Assembly: GCA_965224705.1 (NCBI GenBank)
Contig: OZ245056.1
Span: 160,001 to 224,000, forward strand
Source: Spirochaetaceae bacterium
GTDB taxonomy: Bacteria; Spirochaetota; Spirochaetia; DSM-2461
Reading direction: 5' to 3'
Length of the DNA: 64,000 nt
Positions 22,957 to 31,038 of this stretch are shown piece by piece. The translations under genes were made by a program, and so were the position numbers. The notes under the pieces are model-generated. The model made no database searches. It was not told the DNA's origin and worked only from the letters and a program-made list of their open reading frames with translations. How positions within the stretch are numbered: position 1 is the stretch's first letter; every line of letters starts with the position of its first letter.

Positions 22957-24105
22957 TTAACCAGGCACTTTCGCCATTTTAAGACCGATACGGATCATCC
23001 GTGATGCTCGTTCAGCAGCATCCACCAGGCATTCCTGAGAGCGGGAAATTGCATCTTCAAGCAGCATCGGCCTGTCCAATGTACACATGATTGAATCAAT
23101 ACCATAGGAATAAACAGTTGAAGCTCCCTTCGCAATACCACCAACAATGGCAAGAACCGGCAAACCAATTCGTTGAGTTCGTGCAGCAATTCCAACAGGG
23201 ACCTTCCCTCGAATAGATTGACCATCAATTCTGCCCTCACCTGTAATCACAAGACTGGCATCGCTGATCAGCGAATCAAAATCGACAAGATCCAATACGG
23301 TATCAATACCACTCTTGAGTTCAGCGTCACAAAACGCCATCAGTCCAAATCCCAGACCTCCTGCAGCTCCCGCACCATGAAGATTTCTCATGTTCCTGCC
23401 CTTCCACTTCTCGGTCACATCAGCCAATACTGTCAGTGAGGCATCAAGTTCGTTCATCATCCAGGGACTGGCACCTTTCTGGGGGCCGTAAACTCTTGAT
23501 GCACCCTGCTCCCCCAGAAGCGGATTATCCACATCGCAGGCGACATGGAAGGCCGCTGTTTTCAATAGAGGATGCACCCGGGCATCATCAATTCTCTTGA
23601 GTTTTAAAAGAGCCCCTCCCCCTCGCTGCAGTTCATTTTCATCCGCATCAAGAAAACGATAACCCATAGCCTGGGCCATTCCAACGCCCCCATCATTGGT
23701 TGCACTGCCTCCTATTCCAATTGTGATGTCAGAATAACCGGCCTCAAGTGCGGCAACGATCAATTGACCCGTTCCATAACTGCTGGTTAGCATTGGATTC
23801 TTTTTGTTCTCTGCAAGTAAAGGCAGTCCACTGGCTGCTGCCATCTCCAGAATGGCTTTGGATCCAACAACACCGTAAGAAGCCTGAATGGATGCTCCAA
23901 CAGGATCATCCACAGAAACATTGCGCAATTCACCATCAAGACCTTCAATAAGGGCATCAACAGTTCCCTCCCCCCCATCGGCGACAGGTATTTTCAGGAA
24001 CCGGGCATCGGGAAATACCCTGGACATACCCTGCTCAATCAGGGATGCCACCTGCATACTTGTATTGCTCCCCTTGTATGAATCTGATGCAATGACGATT
24101 TTCAT
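22957..24105 (-). CDS. Glycerate kinase (GlxK family)
   Basis: MKIVIASDSYKGS, PVADGGEGT, GGSATNDGG, GAAGGLG and TGEGRIDGQS motifs. Confidence 0.96.
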   Translation of the reverse strand: MKIVIASDSYKGSNTSMQVASLIEQGMSRVFPDARFLKIPVADGGEGTVDALIEGLDGELRNVSVDDPVGASIQASYGVVGSKAILEMAAASGLPLLAENKKNPMLTSSYGTGQLIVAALEAGYSDITIGIGGSATNDGGVGMAQAMGYRFLDADENELQRGGGALLKLKRIDDARVHPLLKTAAFHVACDVDNPLLGEQGASRVYGPQKGASPWMMNELDASLTVLADVTEKWKGRNMRNLHGAGAAGGLGFGLMAFCDAELKSGIDTVLDLVDFDSLISDASLVITGEGRIDGQSIRGKVPVGIAARTQRIGLPVLAIVGGIAKGASTVYSYGIDSIMCTLDRPMLLEDAISRSQECLVDAAERASRMIRIGLKMAKVPG

Positions 24106-24196
24106 TATCAGTTAACCTCGGATGAATTTGATCCTGATATTCTATATTCAACAGTCCTGTCTGGCAATGGAGCCGGGGCAGTACGAAGTATCCGTC

Positions 24197-25135
24197 TCAT
24201 ATGGACCAGTCCCCTCCTCCATCACCATATCGATTCTTGACACGATAATCCGAAGTCTTATTGTAGATTACTGAATATGGGGGAACCGATTCTGTAATCC
24301 ACACATTCCCCCCGATAACAGATCCCCTGCCAATGATGGTGCGGCCTCCCAGAATGGTGGCACCGGCATATATGGTTACCTCATCTTCAATCGTGGGATG
24401 CCGTTTTTTGTCCGCATGTTCTTTGGCAACACTCAATGCCCCAATGGTAACTCCCTGGTACAGTTTGACATTTTGGCCAATAATCGATGTTTCACCAATA
24501 ACAACGCCGGTAGCATGGTCAATAAAAAACCGATCTCCAATAACTGCTCCAGGGTGTATATCAATGCCTGTTTTACCATGGATGTATTCACTCATCATCC
24601 GGGGAATGAGGGGAATTTTTCTGAGGTACAGTTCATGGGCTATACGATGACTGGCAACAGCTTCCAATCCAGGATAGGAAAGAATGATTTCATCCCGGCT
24701 CCATGCGGCCGGGTCTCCCTTGTAAGCAGCTTCAACATCTTCCATGGCACGCTCCCGGAGATTTGGAATCAGGCACAGCAAATCCAGAGCAATGGTTTCA
24801 GACCTTGAAATACAGTCACCGCTTCCTGTTTCCTCTCCCTTGATTCGGGCTGAATATTCCAGACTTCGTGAGATTTCAAGAGTAAGAGCCCGGGCCAACT
24901 GCTGAGTTCTTGCTCCAATTGTATAAACTATGAGATTGTCCTCAAGCTGCTCTTCTACCTGAAAGCCCGGGAATATAAGGGATTCAAAGGTCTCAAGAAT
25001 AGCAATAACTCCCCGCCGTGAAGGAAGATTCTCTCCTCCCATGTGATTAATGCCACCAATATCATCGTAGGATTTGATTATAGTTCTATTTATCTCGGCA
25101 ATGCGTGATTCTCGGCTCATCTTCATAGCGATCAA
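24197..25135 (-). CDS. cysE: Serine O-acetyltransferase (EpsC-type)
   Basis: GDPAA, TGIDIHPGAVIG, DHATGVVIGET and KRHPTIED hexapeptide motifs. Confidence 0.95.
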   Translation of the reverse strand: MIAMKMSRESRIAEINRTIIKSYDDIGGINHMGGENLPSRRGVIAILETFESLIFPGFQVEEQLEDNLIVYTIGARTQQLARALTLEISRSLEYSARIKGEETGSGDCISRSETIALDLLCLIPNLRERAMEDVEAAYKGDPAAWSRDEIILSYPGLEAVASHRIAHELYLRKIPLIPRMMSEYIHGKTGIDIHPGAVIGDRFFIDHATGVVIGETSIIGQNVKLYQGVTIGALSVAKEHADKKRHPTIEDEVTIYAGATILGGRTIIGRGSVIGGNVWITESVPPYSVIYNKTSDYRVKNRYGDGGGDWSI

Positions 25136-25182
25136 CTTACTCAGGCATTCCCCTTCGAGTCAATCCCGTATATCCTGACAGC

Positions 25183-25749
25183 ATGAACGATTCCAGACTG
25201 GCATGGAAATGCCTCAAACGGGAACTCATCCATGATCTCCGCATTTTCAAATTGAACAGGGCTCATTGTCTGTCGCCATCCGGGGATACTGTTCCCTTTA
25301 TTCAGATTGATGCTTCTGACTGGGTCACCATAATACCGGAATTACCGGTAGAAGATGATACTCAGGAATTTCTGGTTGTACGACAGTACCGCCATGGCAA
25401 TGAACGGACATGTATGGAGTTTCCAGCAGGAACACTGGATCCCGGGGAAAAACCCCTGGAAGCTGCGGCCAGAGAACTGCTGGAAGAAACAGGTTACAAA
25501 GCATCAGAGCTTGTGAAGATTGGTGCCGTCAGCCCAAATCCGGCTTTCATGAGCAATAAAACGCATACCTTCCTTGCCCGTAAACTGGAGAAGATTCTTG
25601 ATCAGAATTTAGACCCTCATGAATACCTGGATGTTCACAAAGCGACATTTTCTCAGATTCAGAAATCCATGGGAAATAATGAGTACAACAGTGCAATAAC
25701 TGTCCAGGCGTGGTATATGTATCTGAAACATACAGGGAGATTGCAATGA
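25183..25749 (+). CDS. NUDIX hydrolase (ADP-ribose pyrophosphatase-like)
   Basis: RQYR, EFPAG and Nudix box GEKPLEAAARELLEETG. Confidence 0.93.
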   Translation: MNDSRLAWKCLKRELIHDLRIFKLNRAHCLSPSGDTVPFIQIDASDWVTIIPELPVEDDTQEFLVVRQYRHGNERTCMEFPAGTLDPGEKPLEAAARELLEETGYKASELVKIGAVSPNPAFMSNKTHTFLARKLEKILDQNLDPHEYLDVHKATFSQIQKSMGNNEYNSAITVQAWYMYLKHTGRLQ

Positions 25750-26717
25750 AAGCTGTTGTTGTAGAAAAATACGGCGGACCGGAAGTCCTGACGGTCAGGG
25801 AAGTGAATAAGCCAAAACCCAAAACTGGTCAGGTTCTAATCAAATTCCATGCCGCTGGAATTAATCCTGTGGATACATACCTCCGATCTGGAACCCAGGG
25901 GTATTCTCCAAAACTGCCATGGACTCCTGGACTCGATGGTGCCGGTATCATAGAAGCCGTTGGAGACGGAGTAAAGGGCATGGAAGCAGGCACTCCTGTG
26001 TATACGGCCGGATCATTGACGGGAACCTATGCTGAATATGGCCTGTGTTCTCCAGGACAGGTCTTTCTTTTGCCGGGTAATCTGAACTGGCAGGAAGGAG
26101 CTTCCCTGGGTGTTCCATACTTCACGGCAGCAAGAGCCCTCTTCACCAGGGGAAATATCGCTCATGGGAAGTCAGTTCTGGTGCATGGAGCATCGGGTGG
26201 AGTGGGATCGGCGGCATTACAATTAGCCGCTGAATATAACCTGACGTTGATGGGAACTGCCGGTTCTGAAACTGGCCGCCAGCTGGTTGAATCTCTGGGA
26301 GCAGCATGTTTTGATCATCGGGATAAGGATTACATTGCCAGTATCAGAAAACACTGTGGCGGGGGAGTCGATCTTATTATTGAGATGCTTGCTGACAAAA
26401 ATCTCGATAATGACCTTGATTTGCTTGCCGCTGATGGGCTGGTGATTGTAGTAGGAAGTCGTGGCCGTATCGAAATTGCTCCCCGCAAGTTAATGAATGC
26501 TGAATCATCAATTACAGCCATGACGGTGCGCAATTCCACCCCTGAAGAGAGATTGTATTATTCAAGTTTTATTTCCAGGGGTGCTGAGACAGGCAGGATA
26601 AAGCCGCCCATCAACAAAGTTTTTTCACTGGAAACAGCAGCAGAGGCCCACATTCAGATTATGAAAGGCCCTCATGCTGGAAACCTTGTTATCGATCTCA
26701 TGAATTCGAATACATGA
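25746..26717 (+). CDS. NADPH:quinone reductase (zeta-crystallin/MDR family)
   Basis: GGPEVL, GINPVD, PGLDGAG and HGASGGVG motifs; start ATG at 25746 overlaps the NUDIX stop. Confidence 0.93.
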   Translation: MKAVVVEKYGGPEVLTVREVNKPKPKTGQVLIKFHAAGINPVDTYLRSGTQGYSPKLPWTPGLDGAGIIEAVGDGVKGMEAGTPVYTAGSLTGTYAEYGLCSPGQVFLLPGNLNWQEGASLGVPYFTAARALFTRGNIAHGKSVLVHGASGGVGSAALQLAAEYNLTLMGTAGSETGRQLVESLGAACFDHRDKDYIASIRKHCGGGVDLIIEMLADKNLDNDLDLLAADGLVIVVGSRGRIEIAPRKLMNAESSITAMTVRNSTPEERLYYSSFISRGAETGRIKPPINKVFSLETAAEAHIQIMKGPHAGNLVIDLMNSNT

Positions 26718-26794
26718 CAGAGCGATTCTTCATCAATACAGGGCGGCCTGTCTGCGGGAGCATTTTGACAACACCGTAACAGCAGGAAATCCAG

Positions 26795-27253
26795 TCAGGA
26801 GCCAGGTGTTTTGTTCTCAGCAAGAAGACGGCTCAGTGCCTGTGAAAACCGCCGGACATCCTTATTGCTGTAAGCAGACTTCTGTTCTGAAACCATACCG
26901 CCCTCTTTCATGGCACGCATGATAATGGCGTCTTCTATTCGTTTTGCCAGCGTCTCTTCATTCCATACCCTGCCCCTGTCATTCATAACTCGGACACCTC
27001 TGACTGTTAACTGTTTTGCCAGAATCAGATCCCGGGTAAGAACCAGATCCTGCGGCTGGCTGTTGTTCTCTATGAAGGTATCCGTTCTACCTGAACCGTG
27101 ATCAACAATCGTAAAATGGAACCAATCTCCTGTCAGTCCGCGAAGATAACGGTCTGCAACGATCTCCACTGAAATCCCCGCCTGTCCGGCTGATTTCAAA
27201 GCAGCCGTTAATGCCCGTGAAGAAATGTTGTCGCCATCGATCCAGATCTTCAT
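26795..27253 (-). CDS. YaiI/YqxD (DUF188) PIN-like protein
   Basis: MKIWIDGD start, DLVLTRDLILA motif. Confidence 0.85.
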   Translation of the reverse strand: MKIWIDGDNISSRALTAALKSAGQAGISVEIVADRYLRGLTGDWFHFTIVDHGSGRTDTFIENNSQPQDLVLTRDLILAKQLTVRGVRVMNDRGRVWNEETLAKRIEDAIIMRAMKEGGMVSEQKSAYSNKDVRRFSQALSRLLAENKTPGS

Positions 27254-27256
27254 GTT

Positions 27257-28462
27257 TCACCGGCCAGATTTCGCCAGCACCACTTCTCCCGGTCCGGATA
27301 TCCTTATATCTGAGGCACTGAATGGAACAAAGGCACTTTTCCCGGCAGATAAACTCAGGGTATCTTTTTCATCTTTCAGAGAGACATTGCCCCTGAGGCA
27401 GAGAACGATCAGCGGCCCTTCACCTCCAGGTATTCTCAGCTCAGAGTCATTTCCCCCTCCCGGGCGGCCAATGCCAAGAGAGAATTCCTTTGCTTCCGTT
27501 GGGAAGAACTCAACTGAGTTCTCAGTTTTATCAGCAGGAATTTCCAGAATGGCCGGTTCTATTGGTTGGAAGTCCAATACCTGTAAAAGCTCATTGACAT
27601 CGATATTTTTCGGAGTCAGTCCCCCCCGAAGGACATTGTCTGAGCTGGCCATCAGTTCGACACCAAAACCATTGAGATAGGCATGGAGTACTCTGGCAGG
27701 CTGATACAGTGCCTGCCCTGGTTCAATCTGTACAGTATTGAGGAAGAGTGGTGCCAGAATTCCTGCATCCATGGGAAATTGCCGGGAAAGCTGAAGCAGC
27801 CATTTGCACTGGATCTCATCCCATCCGGAGGAATGGGAATTCCGAGCAGATTCAAGCGCCTTTTCAAGCAGGGACCCTCGCTGTATTTCGGACAGAGTCA
27901 ATAATTCGTATGTGAAATCCTTCAATCCCTTTTCACCGTGTTTCTTCAAGCAGTCAAGATTCTCAAGCTCTCCCAATGAGTGAAAGTTTTCAAATATTTC
28001 ATTTGGTGAACGGAAGCCTATCATAGCTGTAAAAGGTGTGAGGGCCATAATGATTTCGGGTTTATGGTTCTTATCTTTGTATTGTCGGAGAGGAGAATCC
28101 AGTGGTATACCAAGATCATTTTCCCTGGCAAACCCTTCCTCAGCTTTTTTCCTGTCAGGATGAGCTTGAATTGAGAGAGATTTTCCTGCTGCCAGCAGCT
28201 TCAGCAGGTATGGGAGTTTTCCATACATCTGTGAGGTTTCATGACCAAGCACGGAAATTGGATTATTATTGAGCCATTCGTCCAAACCTATCCATTGCCC
28301 ATCAATGTCAATCAGCGAAGGTGCTGATGGATGGGCTCCCATCCATACTTCAGCCGCAGGCTTGCCTTCAGGCCATGTGATACCGAGCATTTCAGGGATA
28401 TGACGGTGATGTCCCCAGGCATAATCCCGGATCTGGTTTTTCATTGAATAAAATGATTTCAT
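27257..28462 (-). CDS. manA: Mannose-6-phosphate isomerase, class I
   Basis: YAWG, AEVWMGAHP, LSIQAHP, NHKPE, LHAYL and SDNVLRGGLTPK motifs. Confidence 0.96.
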   Translation of the reverse strand: MKSFYSMKNQIRDYAWGHHRHIPEMLGITWPEGKPAAEVWMGAHPSAPSLIDIDGQWIGLDEWLNNNPISVLGHETSQMYGKLPYLLKLLAAGKSLSIQAHPDRKKAEEGFARENDLGIPLDSPLRQYKDKNHKPEIIMALTPFTAMIGFRSPNEIFENFHSLGELENLDCLKKHGEKGLKDFTYELLTLSEIQRGSLLEKALESARNSHSSGWDEIQCKWLLQLSRQFPMDAGILAPLFLNTVQIEPGQALYQPARVLHAYLNGFGVELMASSDNVLRGGLTPKNIDVNELLQVLDFQPIEPAILEIPADKTENSVEFFPTEAKEFSLGIGRPGGGNDSELRIPGGEGPLIVLCLRGNVSLKDEKDTLSLSAGKSAFVPFSASDIRISGPGEVVLAKSGR

Positions 28463-28652
28463 GAAATCTGTATTCCATTTTCTATAAAGATTGGAATGAG
28501 TTTAGCACTCGTCCAGTATTCAGCAAAGAGCTGGAATCTTCAGTTGCAGTCCATTTCACTATGTTTTTCACGTAATCTGTACTTAAGACTCCATAAAATC
28601 CGGGATACTCCGTCACATTGCTCTGAATCTGTTGAGGAAGGACAAGTGACCA

Positions 28653-28940
28653 GGAGTCTGTCGGACTTTAAGGCTTCGAGGCTATTTTTGATGATTTTTT
28701 CCTGATGCAAGGCGACAAAAACGGAGCATAGCTGGGCTACGTGAGTATTTTGGCAACGCAGCAGCAGGGGATGCGAGTCTATGGACTCGCATCCTGAGAG
28801 AGTGCCGAGTGATAGCGAGGAAAAGCCGCCACGGATGGCGGCGAAAACGAACGAAGGCGGCTCTCCAGAAGCAAGCAGGAGGCTTGCTTCTGGAGAGAAG
28901 GGCAAAAATCGAGCCGTGAGGCGTAAGTCCGACAGACTCC
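28653..28940. mobile_element. Non-autonomous inverted-repeat element (MITE/ERIC-like), copy 1 with extra hairpin insert
   Basis: Perfect 16-bp terminal IR GGAGTCTGTCGGACTT / AAGTCCGACAGACTCC. Near-identical to 55314-55476 except for a ~125-bp insert at about 28769-28897. Confidence 0.85.
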
Positions 28941-29164
28941 AAGGACCGGCATCGCCGACAGGCGTAAAAAAGCTGGATGATTGTGACAACTTACTTGACA
29001 CTAAGCGAGATGCGCTGCCCATACGCCCGTATGACTGGACTGCCCAACACATAATCAGTATCCTATGTTTCAGATTTGATATCGATATGGTTGCTCTGTG
29101 ATTATGGTTGCTTTGTTTTTAAACTGTAGCCTGTCATTGCGAATTCTATTTCCACAACTGGAGT

Positions 29165-30397
29165 ATGGAAAGATTGGTTAGAATTGGAAATATGAATGAA
29201 GAAATTCGCAAAGCATGTAATTTGCTGTCCCGGGAGTACAATCTATCAAAATTGGGAAAAGCATTCGAATCGATTGGCAGTATTCTGGAAGAAAAACCAG
29301 ATTATAAAGTATTTCACAAATTCATACGAAGAATAAACATATCGAACAGGGATCTTCAACAGTTTTCAGCATCAAGTGTTGAGGCTGTCAGACGTGTTGC
29401 ACGAATACTTCTCTTTTTCAATTCACAGGGACAGGATTCGATTCTGCAGCATGGCTTGCGTGATCCAGCAGCTGTTATCCGCTCTGATTTCATTCGCCTG
29501 AGTGAAGAAGGAACTGACCGATCCAGATTATACAACCAGCTTGTCAAGCTGATCCGGGAAGATCCGGATGCAAGAGTGAGAAAGGCCGCCGGAGAAAGAT
29601 TATCGACAACCTTTGCCGATCTGTATTCTGTAGACTACCAGGGTTTACCAGAATTATCCCGAATGCTCATGCTGGATGCCCTTGATGGGATATCCAGAAG
29701 TGATGAAGAACTGGCCATTAAACTTCTGTTTTCAAATGATCGTGAATCATCCTTCCGTGCGGCCCGCTGTCTATGTAAATGGAATTCACTTGAGCGTCTT
29801 TTCGATGACGGCAATCAGGAAGCAATCAGGATATTGGAATTCTGTGCGGAATCAGGTGTTGTTGAATATCTTGAGACAATGCCTGTCAAACCCGCAAGGA
29901 AAAACCTTGCACTACATCTTGCCCGAAAGGCCAACCGGGAAGATATCATAAGGCGTATAACCGGAAACGATGCTTCCAGGCATGCAGTTGAGAACTCTCA
30001 AGTGATTGATATCCCCGGAACTGAAAAGCTCTTCTGGAAAATATACAATCAATCCTCGGAAGAAAAGGCTGTGTCAATAAAAAAACTGCATTTCAACAGC
30101 AAACTCTTCCAGACATCAATTGAAGCGGCATTCCCTCCACCAGACTATGATATCAGTTCCACTTTACTTTTTGAACTTGCAAAACATGGGAAGTGGATAA
30201 ACTGGACATCACGCTGTGCAGACGCACTGCTGTCTCTGGATCCGGACATCCGCATGTCAGCGGCATCCGCTCTGGCTGTGATAAATCCTGAAAATGCATC
30301 ATTATCCCTTCCGCCACTCCTCCATGACCCGGTTGGCCGAGTCAGAGAAACGGCACGAAAACTCCTGTCTGATCCAACTCTCTCGGACAGGCATTGA
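29165..30397 (+). CDS. HEAT-repeat protein
   Basis: DPDARVRKAAG, DPDIRMSAASAL and DPVGRVRETA HEAT-like repeats. Confidence 0.7.
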   Translation: MERLVRIGNMNEEIRKACNLLSREYNLSKLGKAFESIGSILEEKPDYKVFHKFIRRINISNRDLQQFSASSVEAVRRVARILLFFNSQGQDSILQHGLRDPAAVIRSDFIRLSEEGTDRSRLYNQLVKLIREDPDARVRKAAGERLSTTFADLYSVDYQGLPELSRMLMLDALDGISRSDEELAIKLLFSNDRESSFRAARCLCKWNSLERLFDDGNQEAIRILEFCAESGVVEYLETMPVKPARKNLALHLARKANREDIIRRITGNDASRHAVENSQVIDIPGTEKLFWKIYNQSSEEKAVSIKKLHFNSKLFQTSIEAAFPPPDYDISSTLLFELAKHGKWINWTSRCADALLSLDPDIRMSAASALAVINPENASLSLPPLLHDPVGRVRETARKLLSDPTLSDRH

Positions 30398-30438
30398 CCG
30401 CTGTCGGTGCAGGTCGGATTCTTTTCCTGCCGCTCCCC

Positions 30439-30466
30439 TTGACAAATGAGTACGATGAGTTAAATT
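30439..30466 (+). promoter_or_regulatory. Putative sigma70 promoter (TTGACA-N16-TAAATT)
   Basis: Perfect -35 at 30439-30444, -10-like TAAATT at 30461-30466, intergenic. Confidence 0.45.
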
Positions 30467-30636
30467 GAAACCCTGTAGACAGGAGATTGACCGTATTGTG
30501 GACAGCATCAGGGCAGGATGGGCAACTCCGTTAATGAAGCCGAAACCCTGCAATGACCGCCTCTGGATACAGCATTCATTCAGGACGGCCCATGCTGCCC
30601 CTGTATCCCGATCTGTCATGCCAATGGAGGAATGCC

Positions 30637-30960
30637 ATGAAAGTCATTATTGACCTGTGTCTCGTACCAATCGGTGCAGGTGTTTCAGTATCACGGTACA
30701 TTGCCGCCTGCCACCGCGTTTTCGATGAAGCTGGTTTGGAAACCCGCCTGCATGCCTATGGAACCAACATTGAGGGTGAATGGGATGATGTGTTCGCAGC
30801 GGTCAAACGCTGCCATGAGATTGTCCACGGGATGGGGGCACCTCGTATTACCGCCACCATCAAGCTGGGTACCCGAACAGACCGGGAACAGTCCATGGAC
30901 GACAAGGTGATCAGTGTCGAATCCAAAATCAGCCAGGAAGATGGAACTGGTCATTCCTGA
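30637..30960 (+). CDS. MTH1187/YkoF-like thiamine-binding family protein
   Basis: ATG at 30637 with GGAGG RBS; VPIG, SVSRYIA, HAYGTNIEGEWD and GTRTDR motifs. Confidence 0.9.
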   Translation: MKVIIDLCLVPIGAGVSVSRYIAACHRVFDEAGLETRLHAYGTNIEGEWDDVFAAVKRCHEIVHGMGAPRITATIKLGTRTDREQSMDDKVISVESKISQEDGTGHS

Positions 30961-31038
30961 ACCACTGCAATACCCGGTACGATTCTACACCAGGACTGTT
31001 ATGCAATCTCTTCTTTGAGAATTGATTCTGATCCCGTA

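Noticed and set aside
28502..28528. CIRCE-like TTAGCACTC upstream of manA
   Set aside because: Only the left half-site matches; after 9 nt the sequence is TCAGCAAAG, not GAGTGCTAA.
28496..29101. ORFs of 69-170 aa overlapping the manA upstream region
   Set aside because: They are translations of the MITE-like repeat; the same peptides recur at 55145-55630.
30467..30630. TPP riboswitch upstream of the thiamine-binding gene
   Set aside because: The conserved CTGAGA / GAACCTGA...TAATGC motifs are absent; kept only as an unknown structured RNA candidate.
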